From Chiloscyllium plagiosum (lineage: Eukaryota): a stretch of 64,000 nucleotides of DNA. The stretch covers positions 104,002,282-104,066,281 of the forward strand of contig NC_057717.1 in the NCBI RefSeq assembly GCF_004010195.1, read 5' to 3'. Position numbers and translations under genes: made by a program. The notes under the pieces were generated by a model. It saw nothing but the letters and a program-made list of their open reading frames with translations. It was not told the DNA's origin and did not search any database. Below are positions 1 through 11,890 of the stretch, piece by piece; the stretch's first letter is position 1; each line of letters starts with the position of its first letter.

Positions 1-139
1 CAAAACCACATGCCACTACTTCAAAATCCAAACATGTGGGGGGGGCAGTGTGTGTGCCTTACTGCCTACTTTGGATTGGGCTGTCACTCAGAGTGCTCTA
101 ATTCATTAACGTTACATTAAATACACAATGTCAGTTAGA

Positions 140-545
140 CCTGCATTTATATAGCACTTTTTAAGATTGTTGGCCATGTCCTCACACTGTATAGCTAATG
201 AAGTACTTTTTGAAGTGTTGTAACATATAAAACATGGCAGCTAATTTGTACACTGTAGGCTTTCAGAAGAAGACAATTCACTAATGCCCCAGAAGAATTT
301 CTTTTTGTGATGTTGATAAAGAAATTAATATTAGTTGAGACACAGTGGGGAAAGTCCTATGCGTTTGGTGGAAATAGCTGAGTGGAATCTGTCACAGCTA
401 CCTGAGGAGGTCTCTGGGGCCTCGATTCAATGTCTCATCTGAAAGATGGTATCTTGGACAGTGCAGCTCTCTGTTAGCACTGTACCAGAGTGTCAGTGTT
501 CATACACACAGCTCTGTGTTATATGAATATACCTGTTTCTGACCT
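140..545 (-). mobile_element. Old SINE, probably DeuSINE/SacSINE-like
   Basis: Contains tgcatttatatagcac and tctcatctgaaagatgg..gacagtgcagc. Similar copies lie at ~6005-7025 and ~58720-58970. Confidence 0.5.
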
Positions 546-796
546 CCTATGTTCTACCCTCCATAAAGTGAGGTCATCCGAAACTCTGATGGCTACATCC
601 TTACTTACACTAATCTCTGAAAATCCCTCCCCAACTTTATCTGGCTCTTTAAGACACTCCTTAAAATCTACCTCTTTGGCCAAACTATTGGCTGTCTGCC
701 CTACACTCGCTTTATATCGTTCTACGTATAGGTTTGCCTTAAGAATGCTACTATGAAGCAATTTGACACTTTCTTTACAATAAAAGGAACAAACAG

Positions 797-1113
797 GTGG
801 CACGGTGGCTCAGTGGTTAGCACTGCTGCCTCACAGCACCAGGGACCCGGGTTCAATTCCTGCATCAGGTGACTGTCTGTGTGGAGTTTGCACGTTCTCC
901 CCGTGTCTGCGTGGGTTTCCTCCGGGTGCTCCGGTTTCCTCCCACAGTCCAAAAATGTGCAGGTCAGGTGGATTGGCCATGGGAAATTGCCCATAATGTT
1001 AGGTGCATTAGTCAGGGGCAAATATGGGGAATGGGACTGGGTGGGCTACTCTTCGGAGGGTAGGTGTGGACTTGTTGGGCTGAAGGGCCTGTTTCCACAC
1101 TGTAGGGAATGGA
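797..1113 (+). mobile_element. HE1-type shark tRNA-derived SINE
   Basis: A-box tggctcagtgg, B-box ggttcaattcc, V-domain gtgtggagtttgcacgttctccccg, and LINE-like tail gggcctgtttccacactgtaggga. Confidence 0.9.
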
Positions 1114-1476
1114 AATGGAACAGATTTAAGTTGTTGCGTTGTTACTTATTGACCTGTTTGTGTTTTATACTGAACAGGAAAAACTGATATCTGAAATTCT
1201 CACTTCTTTATTTTTTTCCAATTTATTCCTGTAACCTATAATGCTGGACTTTTTAATTTTGTTACTTTTCTAATTTTGTTTTGTTTCTTAAGAATTTGAT
1301 CTTAAGTAACTGTATCTGGTTACCTTTGTGTCTAAGATGGTGCTGTAATATGGTGACTGTAAACTTTGCACATCACTCAGCTTTGGATAGGTGACAATAA
1401 AGTTAATTCAATTTGTATGTTTGAAAGGAGGGAATATCATGTCGGATTTATAAGGCACACAATTTTGGCAAAACAG

Positions 1477-2195
1477 TGTTATGAAGATGTGGGTGGACCT
1501 TCAAGAGAGTTAAAATCAGCAGAACTACCAGACACAGCACCAAGTGTTTTCAAGAAGGTAACAACATAACACTTGGTCAAACAATTCGATCAGCTTGTTG
1601 CCTGGAGACAAAAACAAGTTCGAATTCAGCCAATCAGTTTAATTATACTCCGAAAAAATAGCCATTTCCAATCAAGTTTGAATTGAGTATATTCACAATC
1701 TTAAAAGCCAATGACACAATCCGATGCTCTGGGATATAAGACTGGGGGGGGGCGGGGGGAATGGAACAGTTGAGAGGAGATCTGTCAAGTCCTAGCATGT
1801 AACAGACGGCTTGAAAAAATCTCTCTCTTAAAAGTCTCTTTTCGATCAGTAACCTGTGACGCAGAAATTCCTAACAAGGAGGAAAGATGACACAGGAAGA
1901 TTTGAAGACGTGAATCTGCCGCTGCCTGGTCTTGCGATAAGAAATGTGGTTTTGTAAATCTTAATTGTTATTGGACTAGTATTATAGAAGGGAAGGTAAA
2001 AGATAGGTTAGAGAAAGAAATTGTAAATAGGGGTTAATTAATTATTCTCTGTTATTCTTTAAGAAACAAAGTTGTCATTTTTTTACTTTACATGGTTCTT
2101 GGCCTCTCAAAATTTTACAGATTGCTGCGCAGGATAAATCTTTTCTGTGTTGCTGGTGTTAAATTAAGCAGGAGGGTTCACCCTGTGTCGTAACA
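1477..2195 (+). mobile_element. Solo LTR-like element
   Basis: TGTTA...TAACA termini, CCAAT motifs and a gatataag TATA-like motif. Flanks are acag/ccag (imperfect TSD). Confidence 0.6.
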
Positions 2196-2252
2196 CCAGC
2201 ACCAATCTAGGAATTGCTTCCTGTAATTTCAAAGATGGTGTCAACAAAGAAA

Positions 2253-2385
2253 GAGATTCCTGATGAAGGGCTTACGCCCCAAACGTCGACTCTCCTGCTT
2301 CTCGGATGCTGCCTGGCCGGCTGTGCTTTTCCAGCACCACACTCTCGACTCTGACCTCCAGCATCTGCAGTCCTCACTTTCTCCC
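2253..2385 (+). mobile_element. Penelope-like terminal fragment with 12-bp TSD
   Basis: ctgatgaagggc..gccc core. Direct repeat tcaacaaagaaa at 2241-2252 and 2386-2397. Confidence 0.75.
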
Positions 2386-2584
2386 TCAACAAAGAAATCC
2401 CTGACTAACGCTGAGTGTGGACTGAGAGCTGGTGGGTCTCGGAGGTATCAATTGTCAGTCAGACAGTGAGAAAGTCAGACTGTTACTGCTTGGACTCAGC
2501 TGTTATCTCAGTGACAACGTGAGGGGAAGATGAAGTGGGACGGGGGCAGTTGAAAGGGGAGGGAAGAGGATGAGATAAGTGAAG

Positions 2585-2970
2585 ATCCTTGTTTAGTCCA
2601 GAAGGTTAAGAGATGATCTGATCATATTCTTCAGGATATTAGCAGGAAGAGACAGGGGAGATAACAAACTATTTCCACTGGTTGGAGATTCTAGAAATAG
2701 GGGCATAGCCTGAGAATTAGGGCCAGACCGTTCAGGAGAGATGTTCGGAAGCACTTCCACACACAAAAGAGTGGGAGAGGTTTGGAGCTCTCTTCCACAA
2801 ACAGCAGTGGATGTTGGATCAGTTGTTCAGAGATAACTTTTTGTTAAGTATCGGCTAAGGGATTTGGGCCAAAGGCAGGTATATGGGGTTAGACCACAGT
2901 TCAGCCGTGATCTCACTGAATGGCAGAACAGACTCGAGGGACTGAAGGGCCGACTCCAATGTTCCTTTGA
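2585..2970 (+). mobile_element. CR1-type LINE 3' fragment
   Basis: Degenerate ORF2 C-terminus (SRNRGHSLRIRARPFRRDVRKHF) plus 3' UTR. Confidence 0.75.
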
Positions 2971-2979
2971 GGGCTTAAC

Positions 2980-3782
2980 AGGAGCTTCCATTTGACGATG
3001 CACATCGGTATCAGCACAGAGTGACGTTTCCAAACAAAACCACTTCTTTTCAGAGAGTGACACAATACCTGAGACGCTCCTTACTTAGACCCTGAGTGAC
3101 AATCCTGATCCTGTGCAGCTGGCTGGGTCGGAATGTAAAACTGGAGGGAGATGGTATGTGTCTCTGTTACCCAGCCCGGGCTGCCTGACATTAGCTGAGG
3201 TTGGGATGGACACAGTACCCATTGTCTGCAAACCTGATTACTACTCAGAGGCTCCCTTTGACACTCTGCTACAGCGCTGAAGGAGAGCTGCATTGCCCCA
3301 GGTGCTGTCCTTTCGAAGAGATCCATTTGCCTCCACAAGTGGGTGCAATGTTGCCAACTTGTGCTGCAGTGGGTAGTGTCCCTGCTTCTGAGCCAGGAGC
3401 CTGGGTTCAAGTCCTGCCTGCTCCACAGGATGTGTAATAACATCTCCGAACAGAGTTCATCACATGACCTCACCCTTATCACATGACTGCCCCACCCACC
3501 TCCCTCCGATTGGTTGCAAGCTTTGCGCCAAAGCTGATTGGAGTGTGGGCACTCTCATCGTTTCCTGATTGGACAGCTCCTGGCTGTCTGTGAACAGCCC
3601 TTTCTTCCCATGTCCTATACGATACACTTAGTGAGCCAAAGTATTCAAAGCTATGAAGAAAACGTAAAATAAAAATGATATCTCTTTCAAATGCCCGTGG
3701 GAGTGTGCAGCTAAGTAATTAATCTCTGATTCCTGGCAATCACAGAGAGCTGGCAAATTCAGAAGGTGCATGTGCGGAGAGG
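2980..3782 (-). pseudogene. GREB1-like: GREB1-like blocks 19-20 (TAGT region)
   Basis: PHMHLLNLPAL..LAAH..LKEISF vs PNHIMLVLPSI..GAAHFLIKELSY; LWRQMDLFERTAPGAMQLS..REPLSSNQV vs LKHIMQHIEAAPDIMHYA..QEPFSRCHV. Stops and a small SINE fragment lie inside. Confidence 0.75.
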
Positions 3783-3785
3783 TAG

Positions 3786-5357
3786 TAGAGTGCCTACAGA
3801 ACGGAAACAGGCCATTCGACTCATCACGTCCATACTGGCCCTCTGAAGAGCATCCTCTCAAGACCCACCTGTTTACATTATCCCTGCATTTCCCATGGCC
3901 AATCTACCTGACCCCTGTACAGCTTCAGACAGTGGGAGGAAACTGGAGAACCGGGAGGAAATCCACCCAGACACGGGGAGAATGTACAAATCCCACCCAG
4001 ACACGGGGAGAATGTACACACCCCACACAGACACAGGGAGAATGTACACACCCCACACAGACAGGGGGAGAGTGTACAAACCCCACACAGACACGGGGAG
4101 AATGTGCAAACTCCACACAGACACGGGGAGAATGTGCAAACCCCACCCAGACACGGGGAGAATGTACACACAGAGAGGGGGAGAATGTACAAACTCCACA
4201 CAGACACGGGGAGAATGTACAAACCCCACACAGACACGGGGAGAATGTACACACCCCACACAGACACGGGGAGAATGTACAAACCCCACACAGACACGGG
4301 GAGAATGTACAAACCCCACACAGACATGGGGAGAATGTACACACCCCACACAGACAAGGGGAGAATGTACAAACCCCATACAGACAGGGGGAGAATGTAC
4401 ACACAGAGAGGGGGAGAATGTACAAACTCCACACAGACACGGGGAGAATGTACAAACCCCACACAGACACGGGGAGAGTGTACAAACCCACACAGACACG
4501 GGGAGAATGTACACACCCCACACAGACACAGGGAGAGTGTACACACCCCACACAGACACGGGGAGAATGTACAAACCCCACACAGACACGGAGAGAATGT
4601 ACACACCCCACACAGACACGGGGAGAACGTACAAACCTCACACAGACACGGGGAGAATGTACAAACCCCACACAGACAGGGGGAGAATGTACAAACCCCA
4701 CACAGACACGGGGAGAATGTACACACCCCACACAGACACGGGGAGAATGTACAAACCCCACACAGACACGGGGAGAGTGTACAAACCCCACACAGACACG
4801 GGGAGAATGTACAAACCCCACACAGACACGGGGAGAATTTACACAACCCACACAGACACGGGGAGAATGTACAAACTCCACACAGACACGGGGAGAGTGT
4901 ACAAACCCCACACAGACACGTGGAGAATGTACAAACCCCACCCAGACAGGGGGAGAATGTACAAACCCCACACAGACACGGGGAGAATTTACACAACCCA
5001 CACAGACACGGGGAGAATGTACACACCCCACACAGACAGGGGGAGAATGTACACACCCCACACAGACACGGGGAGAATGTACATCTCCACACAGACAGGG
5101 GGAGAATGTACACACCCCACACAGACACGGGGAGAATGTACACACCCCACACAGACACGGGGTGAATGTACACACCCCACACAGACATGGGGAGAATGTA
5201 CAAACCCCACCCAGACAGGGGGAGAATGTACACACCCCACACAGACACGGGGAGAGTGTGCAAACTCCACACAGACAGTCACCTGTGGGTGGAATTGAAC
5301 CCGGGTCCCTAGCACTGTGAGGCAGTAGCACTAACCACTGAGCCACCATGTCTCCCC
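3786..5357 (-). mobile_element. HE1-type SINE with expanded internal tandem array
   Basis: SINE head at ~5280-5357, tail at 3786-3960, with the array between them. Confidence 0.9.
3967..5276. repeat. 30-bp minisatellite (cacagacacggggagaatgtacaaacccca), ~44 copies
   Basis: Direct periodicity. The unit equals the SINE V-domain segment. Confidence 0.95.
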
Positions 5358-5399
5358 TATGTGGGGACTGGGGCGATTAAATACTCTGGCGATAATATT

Positions 5400-5829
5400 A
5401 GCAACAGGAGTAGGTCGTTCAGCCCCTCTAGCCTGCTCCATCATTCAGTACAATCATGGCTGATGTCATCTCAGCTTCAACTCCACTTTCCTGCCCACTT
5501 CCCTTCGTCTGTTATTAACTAAAAATCGGTCTGTCTCCTCCTCAAATTATCAGTGTCCCTGTGTCCATCACATTCTGAGCGAGTGAACTCCCCAGACTCA
5601 TGACCCTTCGAGAGAAGTAATTTTTTTTCATCTCTGTTTTAAATCTGCTACCTCTTATCCCAAAACGATGACCACTCATTCAAGGGGATACATCCTGAGG
5701 AGGAAGAATGCTTTGTCAAACCTCTTTAGCACCTTGTATACCTCGATTAGATGTCCTCGCGTTTTTCTAAACTCCAGACAGAGTATAGGCCTTAACGGCT
5801 CAGTCTCACTTTGTTAGACAAACCCCTCA
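5400..5829 (-). mobile_element. CR1-type LINE 3' fragment inside former GREB1-like coding sequence
   Basis: aggagtagg..ttcagccc..gcctgctcc..attca reverse tail plus ORF2 end. Confidence 0.75.
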
Positions 5830-5985
5830 GCTCTTTCCAGCTCAAGGTGAAGTTCCCAGGGTAAAAGCTATGTCTTTGCGTGGGCTGGCAGGATCTGCTC
5901 TCTGAACGCTGGCTCAGAGCATTAATGGCTTTGCCAGAGAAGGGGGAGAAAGTTGAGTAAGGCTGGTTTCCCAACTTACAACACA
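5830..5985 (-). pseudogene. GREB1-like: GREB1-like block 18 (start of TAGT glycosyltransferase region)
   Basis: Acceptor tttctttagtcacag, phase-compatible with the 7043 donor. PYSTFSPFSGKAINAL vs KSPTFTPTTGRHEHGL. Confidence 0.7.
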
Positions 5986-6135
5986 CTGTGACTAAAGAAA
6001 TAAATATTTGCATTTATATAGCACCTTTCACAACCACTGGGCATCTCGATGCATGTTCTGCTGGTGAAATACTTTTCAAAGTGTGGTCAGTGTTGTGATG
6101 GAGGAAGCACGGTGCCCAATTTGTGGATCGCATTA

Positions 6136-6760
6136 TGTACCAGATCGGACCAGGCCAGGCCCCTCCCAAAATATTATAAGAAGTTATCCTAGGTCCTGAA
6201 GTTTTCTCATTTTAAAGGGCAATCGTGAAGTGTCATGTTCCAGATGCAAAGTACTCAGTGTTAAGAAAAAAACAATTTATTTAAACATTATAGTTAAAAT
6301 ACAAACAAAATAAAAAGGAACTTGGAATAACAACACTATTGGAAAACTTAACAGAATAATAGACACAGTAACTATTACTAATCAACTGTTCCACTATAGT
6401 AATGTCCCACCTCTTGGCAAAAAAGAAAATTCAGACTAATAGATTTGTCTCCCAGGTAACCCAGCAGCACACAAACCCATAAACCCTAGCTTCTAGCTGT
6501 AACTGAGAGGGAAAAGATAGCTCACAGCAGCAACTTCTTAAAGCTAAACCTAAAAACTAAAAAAAACCTTGAAATCCTGGTCTGTAATGGCCACACCCAT
6601 CCAGGCTGCTTCTATTGTCCCAACTTTAAAAAAAAACCTCAAGGCCTCCCAAGCTGCTTACTCTAGAGGTTTCAGCAGACAGCTTTTCGCCTCTGTCTTA
6701 GAAACTCTCTTTTAAAAAGTCAGAACAAAAATCACTTCTTAAAGCCATAACATTGTCACA
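6136..6760 (-). mobile_element. LTR-like element nested in an old SINE
   Basis: TG...CA ends. Shares gttccagatgcaa and aaaatacaaacaaaataaaaag with 26827-27515. Confidence 0.5.
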
Positions 6761-7043
6761 CCAGTAAACTCCCACAGACCACCTCACAGTGATAGTGACT
6801 TGATAGTGTTTCCCAGGGATGTTGGTCAAGGAGTGAAATATTGGCCAGGAAAACAAAGAGAATATCCACCCTCTTCTCTATTCCAGCACTCCAGATTGTT
6901 TCATGTTCCCCCAAGGGGTACCTTAACATCTGGTTCACAAAGACAGCAACTCAATACTGGTGTGGGGAGTTTTACCCTAGACTAGTCTGGAGTGGGACAT
7001 GACTCATTGATTCAGAGATTGGAGTTTTGGTCATATTGGTTAC

Positions 7044-7790
7044 CTCTAATCACACTGGGCAGATAGACAAGGCGGGCGATCAAGGGACTGGACCTGAAGA
7101 ATTCCCTCTGAGAGTAGGGGTGAAAGATGATGAAATCATCAGAGAAAAAGAACAGGAGTTGGCTGTTCAGCCCATCAAGCCTGCTCCTACATTCATGGCT
7201 GATCTGATTGTGGCCTAAATGATATTTTCTTGCCTTGAAATCCTTATCGATCAGAAATCTAACTCAGCCTTGAATATCTCCATTGACCCAGCTTCCATTG
7301 CTCACGAGGAGGAAGGATTCAATCGAGAAAAGGCTCCCTGAGAGAGGAAATTGCTGTTCATTGCCATTTCAAACAGGAAGACCATTATGTTTAAACGGTG
7401 TCTCCTTGTTCTAGATTCCTCCGTAAGGGGAAAACAGCATCTAACCCATGAAACTCCCTCAGGATCTTGTACGTTTGAGGAGTATCACTTCACGTCCTTC
7501 TAAACCCCAATGGGTATAAGCCCAACCTGCTTACCCCCTTCCTCTTAAAGCAATCTCTTCATCGTGTGATTCATTCCAGAACTCTCTCCAATGCTGCTTT
7601 AAACTTGAGTGTAAAACAGTACACACGACCGTCACCAACACTTTGTTTTGAGCTGATATTCAACTCCACTAAGCTGAATGCAGTTGCTGTCTCAGAGATG
7701 GATTTACATATACTTTGCAGATAATTTCCATGCTGTTTGCTGTCTCCATTGTTTGATGTATTTCCACCGCTATAAAGATTCACTAGATGC
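7044..7790 (-). pseudogene. GREB1-like: GREB1-like block 17 (Walker-A region), interrupted by LINE 7143-7594
   Basis: HLVNLYSGG..GNYLQSICKSIS..FSLVELNI vs HPRRLLLSGP..GAYLQFLSVLS..VRLTEVDV. RVYCFTLKF [LINE] DFIIFHPYSQ..VYLPSV vs TLHAFAFSY..HFIIPKSKE..MRLPLV. Donor AG|GTAACC. Confidence 0.7.
7143..7594 (-). mobile_element. CR1-type LINE 3' fragment inside former GREB1-like coding sequence
   Basis: Same family of tail as 5400-5829 and 13310-13720. Confidence 0.7.
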
Positions 7791-7829
7791 TGATAGAACA
7801 GATTTCCTAACCCCTGTAACTCGTGAACC

Positions 7830-8555
7830 AGGGCAGGACCTACACAGTTAATAGTAGGGCAACCTGGGGATTATTGTCAAAGAGACATAAGGGTTCAGGT
7901 ACATAGTTCCTTAAAAGTGGTGTCACAGGGAGACAAGATGGTGAAAAAAGCATTTGGCACATTTACTTTTATTGGTCAGAGTTTAGGATGTCATGTTGAG
8001 GTTGCACAGGACAATGGTGAGGCCACGTTTGGAGTACTGTATCCAGTTCTGGTCACCCTACTATAAGAGGGATATTATTAAATTGGAAAGGGTGCAGAAA
8101 AGATGATACTGTGACTGGAGGTTTTGAGTTGTAAGGAGAGACTGAATAAGCTGGGCCATTTTCCCCTGGCGCATAAGAGGCTGCAGGATGACCTTATAGA
8201 GGTTTATAAAATCATGAGGGGCATGGATAGGGTGAATGGCAAAGATCTTTTCCCTGGGGTGGTGGAGCTCAAAGCTAGGGGGGCAGGTTTTTAAGGGGAG
8301 AAGGGAAAGATATGAAATGGACTTGAGGGGCAACTTTTTCACACAGAGGGTGGGTCGTGAATGGAATGACCTGCCAGAGGGAGTGGTAGCTGCAGGTACA
8401 ATTACAACATTTAAAAGACATTTGGACAAGTTCATGAATAGGAAAGGTTTGGAGAGATACGGGTGAATTGCTGGCAAGTGGAACAAGTTTAGGAAACTAT
8501 TCGGCTAGATGCATTGGACTTGAAGGGTCTGTTTCCTTGCTGTATGACTCTATGA
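7830..8555 (+). mobile_element. CR1/HER1 LINE 3' fragment
   Basis: VRPRLEYCIQFWSPYY..LRGNFFTQRV; tail tatgactctatga. Confidence 0.85.
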
Positions 8556-9025
8556 CATTAAATGTTTTAGCATGAGAGGCTCTGGATAGAAATCCAACAT
8601 CCTTCTGAATTACAAATCCTTTCAGATTCTTTTCAGAAGGTGCCTTCTTGAACCGCAGCAGTCCATGTGCTGTGAGTTGACCCACAATGTGTTAGGGAAG
8701 AAATGATGTGGAGGAGCCGGTGTTGGACTGGGGTGGACAACATTTTGAGCAGAGCTTCTAAACAAACCTTTTGGACTATAACCTGGTCGAGTGTGATTTT
8801 TAGCTGTGTTGGGGAAGAAATTCTCGGATTTTGACCCAACGACAGCGATATATTTCCAAGTCGGGACGGTGAGTGGCTTGGAGGGGAACTTGCAGGGGGT
8901 GGTGTTCCCATGTATCTGCTGCTTTTGTCCTTCTAGATGGAAGTGGTCATGGGTTTGGAAGGTGCTGTCCAAGAGGTTGTCCATTATATTGAATGTTATT
9001 GATACCGCACTCACACGTTACTCAC

Positions 9026-9074
9026 TCAGACCATCGGAACCCTGTTCGTGTGAAACAGTTTCCAGTTGTAAAAT
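9026..9074 (-). pseudogene. GREB1-like: GREB1-like block 16
   Basis: ttttattcacag acceptor and GTGAGT donor. RFYNWKLFHTNRV vs YYRQWTVPRPSHM. Ends in TGA. Confidence 0.6.
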
Positions 9075-9295
9075 CTGTGAATAAAAGTTGTGACCATGAT
9101 GATGAGAAGGTGTCAGGCTCTTGACCACAGTGCCCTGACATTGTGTAGACTCCAGTCCAGCTACTTTACACACAAACTGTCATTTCAACCATTTCATCAA
9201 AGCCGTGAAGCTCAACCTTTTATAAAACCACAGATGTTAAACAGTTTTCTGCAATAAAAGTGGATTTACAGATCATTAAGATGACCAGAATTGTA

Positions 9296-10310
9296 AGCAT
9301 TATTCTAAAAATGGCCTCACCACTGTCCTGTAAAACCATAACATGATGTTCTAACCCTTAGGTTCAATGCGCTGACCAATGAAAGCTAACATGTCAACTG
9401 CTTTCTTCACCATCCTGTCTACCTGTGACTCCACTTTCAAGAAACGATGTACCCCTAAGTCTCTGTGTTTAACAATCCTCAGGACCCTATTCGAAGTCCT
9501 GCCCTGGCCTGTCTTACCAAAATGCAACCCCTCATGTTTCTGTAAAGGGTGCAGAAACGATTTACCGGGACGTTACCGAGACTGGAGGGCTTGACTTATG
9601 TGGAGAGGCTGGGTGGGTTGGGACATCTTCCCCTACAGCATGAGAGGCTGAGGGGTGATTAGATTCAATTCCCTACAGTGTGGAAACAGGCCCTTTGACC
9701 CAACCAGTCCACACCGACCCTCCAAAGAGCTAACCCCCCCAGACCCATTTCCCTCTGACTAATGCACCTAACACTATGGGCAATTTCCCATGGCCAATTC
9801 ACCCTGACCTGCATATCTTTGGATTGTGGGAGGAAACCGGAGCACCCAGAGGAAACCTACGCAGACACGGAGAGAATGTGCAAACTTCACACAGATAGTC
9901 AGCCAAGGTGGGAATCGAACCCAGGTTTCTGGTGCTGTGAGGTAACAGCCCTAATCCCCGAGCCGCTGAACCACCCATAAGGTTGACCTTACAGTGGTTT
10001 ATAAAACCATGAGGGGCATGGATAGGGTGAATAGCTAAGGTCTTTTCGTTGGTGTGGGGTATAGGTTTAGGGTGAGGGGAAAGATTTAAAAGGGACCTAA
10101 GAGGCAACTCTTTCACTCAGAGAGTGGTACGTGTATGGAATGAGCTGCCAGAGGAAGTGGTGGAGGTTGGTACAATTACAGCATTTAAAAGAAGTTTAGA
10201 CAGGTGCATGAATAGGAAAGGTTTAGAGGGATACAGGCCAAACACAGGCAAATAGGACAAGCTCAGTGGGGCCGAATGGCCTGGTTCCATGCTGTCTGAC
10301 TCAATGACTC
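9296..10310 (+). mobile_element. CR1 LINE with inverted 5' part (9296-9538) and HE1 SINE insert
   Basis: The minus piece is the ORF2 region immediately upstream of the plus piece. Confidence 0.75.
9660..9975 (-). mobile_element. HE1-type SINE
   Basis: Head, V-domain and tail on the minus strand. Confidence 0.85.
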
Positions 10311-10797
10311 CACATTGGCACTGTGCCAGCTGAATGTGGCACAGTCAGTCAGGGTCAGTGTGTCTATAACACCAAATGGTCATGATATTTGATCCTGCTT
10401 ATTGTAGAGAACACATTGCCTTCCACCTCCTACACACTTCAGCAGTGGGTTGCATTGTCTGTAGCTTTCTGAAGAATGTAGATAGGGTAAGTGATCCAAA
10501 GGCTCTGTGATAAAATTGTCTAGGGCCTTCTCAGCTCACAGTGGGAGTGAAGAAGCACTCCAGTGTCATGATAATTAGTTCCAAACCCTCCAGAACATTA
10601 CAACAAAGAATAACAAAGTTAAAATAAAACAGGGAAGACCTGGGAGGTGTGATGGTACTTGTTGTGATGGGTTTACTCCTATCAGGAAATCTTATCGAAG
10701 GCTTAGTTAGCAAGAAAGATGTGGGTACCGAGTGTTACAGGGAGTATTCGAGATTGGATTAGAGAGCACGTGGTGTAAAGCTGATGGAGTGGATTAC

Positions 10798-11030
10798 CTG
10801 CGGAATGATCTCATGTAAGGCTCAACCTTGTTCTCAGCCAGAGTTAACTTGAACTAACATTCTGGACTGCAAGAGTCCCACCCTTCTCTCAAAGGAATTT
10901 TCACTTTCACCGTTCAACATATCCTGTGCCCAAACATGCCACGCTCTCCTTGCCAGGAATTCAACCATCCTCTCCAGCCTTTCTGTCTTGCCCTGGTGAA
11001 GATATGGGTCATTGTAGAGGGGGGGGGCTT
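10798..11030 (-). pseudogene. GREB1-like: GREB1-like block 15 (frameshift near 10855)
   Basis: Acceptor ttaacag and donor CAG|GTAATC. VEFLARRAWHV..FERRVGLLQS..FKLTL vs IVFLPKLVYDM..LPKAASLLPS..FRPLL. Confidence 0.65.
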
Positions 11031-11754
11031 CTGTTAATTGGTAATGACTAAAGTGAAAGTACTGGCACTTTGGTAGCACCTATCATAACCTCAGGGCCAA
11101 CAAGGGACCCAAAGCACTTCACAACCTATGAAGTACTTCTGTAATCTAGAAAATGTGACACTCAATTTGTACACAGCAAGCTCCAACATGTAATATACCA
11201 GCAGACTGTTTTAGATGCAATGTAACTGTTGGTCAGGATCCAGTGCAGAACTCCTGTTCTCATGCAATGTAGAGCCAATAGAATTTCTAATTTTCATTTC
11301 AATAGAAACTGAAGTTGATGAAGCTAATAATTGGAGGGAGATGTAAAACCAGCTGATAACTCCCTGTTCCCCCCTCTTACTGTTTCAGCATCTGAGATAT
11401 AATTTGCGGATGACTCAAAACTTGGAAATATATCAAACAAAGGGGACATCAGTGGAAGACTTCCCCATGGCTTGTTAAAATACAGATACACAGCAAATGC
11501 AATTCAACACAGAGATAGGAGGCACTTCAGAGAGAAGATCGAGGTGTGGGAATTTAAATAAAGTAACCTGATGGCAAAGAGAGGCAGGAAAACAGGTTTC
11601 TCAGACACAACTCGTCGATGGGTACAGGACGAGTTGTTAATTCAAGTAATAAAACATACAGGATTATGAGCTTTGTAACAACAGAAATAAAGTACAAAAC
11701 AGAGGAGGTAATGTGAAACCTTTATAAATTCTTGTGTATGGTGTCTAATTTTGG

Positions 11755-11890
11755 CCAGGCAGAAGTGGGTACTGCAGATGCTGGAGATTAGAGTCAAGAT
11801 TAGAGTGGTGCTGGAAAAGCACAGCAAGTCAGGCAGCATCTGGAGAGCAGGAAAATTGATGTTTCGGGCAAAAGCCCTTCATCGGGAATG
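11755..11890 (-). mobile_element. Penelope-like terminal fragment
   Basis: gatgaagggcttttgcccgaaac on the minus strand followed by the conserved tail. Confidence 0.7.

Larger units (their letters stand above)
1120..2580 (-). pseudogene. GREB1-like: GREB1-like C-terminal remnants split by Penelope, LTR-like and LINE inserts
   Basis: Weak but correctly ordered matches: LPPSHFIFP vs VVPAQYICAP; HQLSVH vs PVLSVD; AKIVCLINP vs ATLCVICQD; RYQFFL vs EWQFRL. Confidence 0.4.

Noticed and set aside
797..870. tRNA gene-like A/B boxes (and similar copies)
   Set aside because: These are SINE heads continuing into V-domain and tail, with no complete cloverleaf.
3770..5349. Long ORFs (250-516 aa) in most frames
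   Set aside because: They are translations of a stop-free 30-bp SINE-derived tandem repeat.
10798..10860. Selenocysteine read-through of TGA in the 10.8-kb block
   Set aside because: A 1-nt frameshift gives the better GREB1 match and the correct donor phase. No SECIS was identified.
10834..11030. Resemblance to the SHCBP1 W..W motif region
   Set aside because: It is an isolated weak match, and the collinear GREB1 context explains the block.
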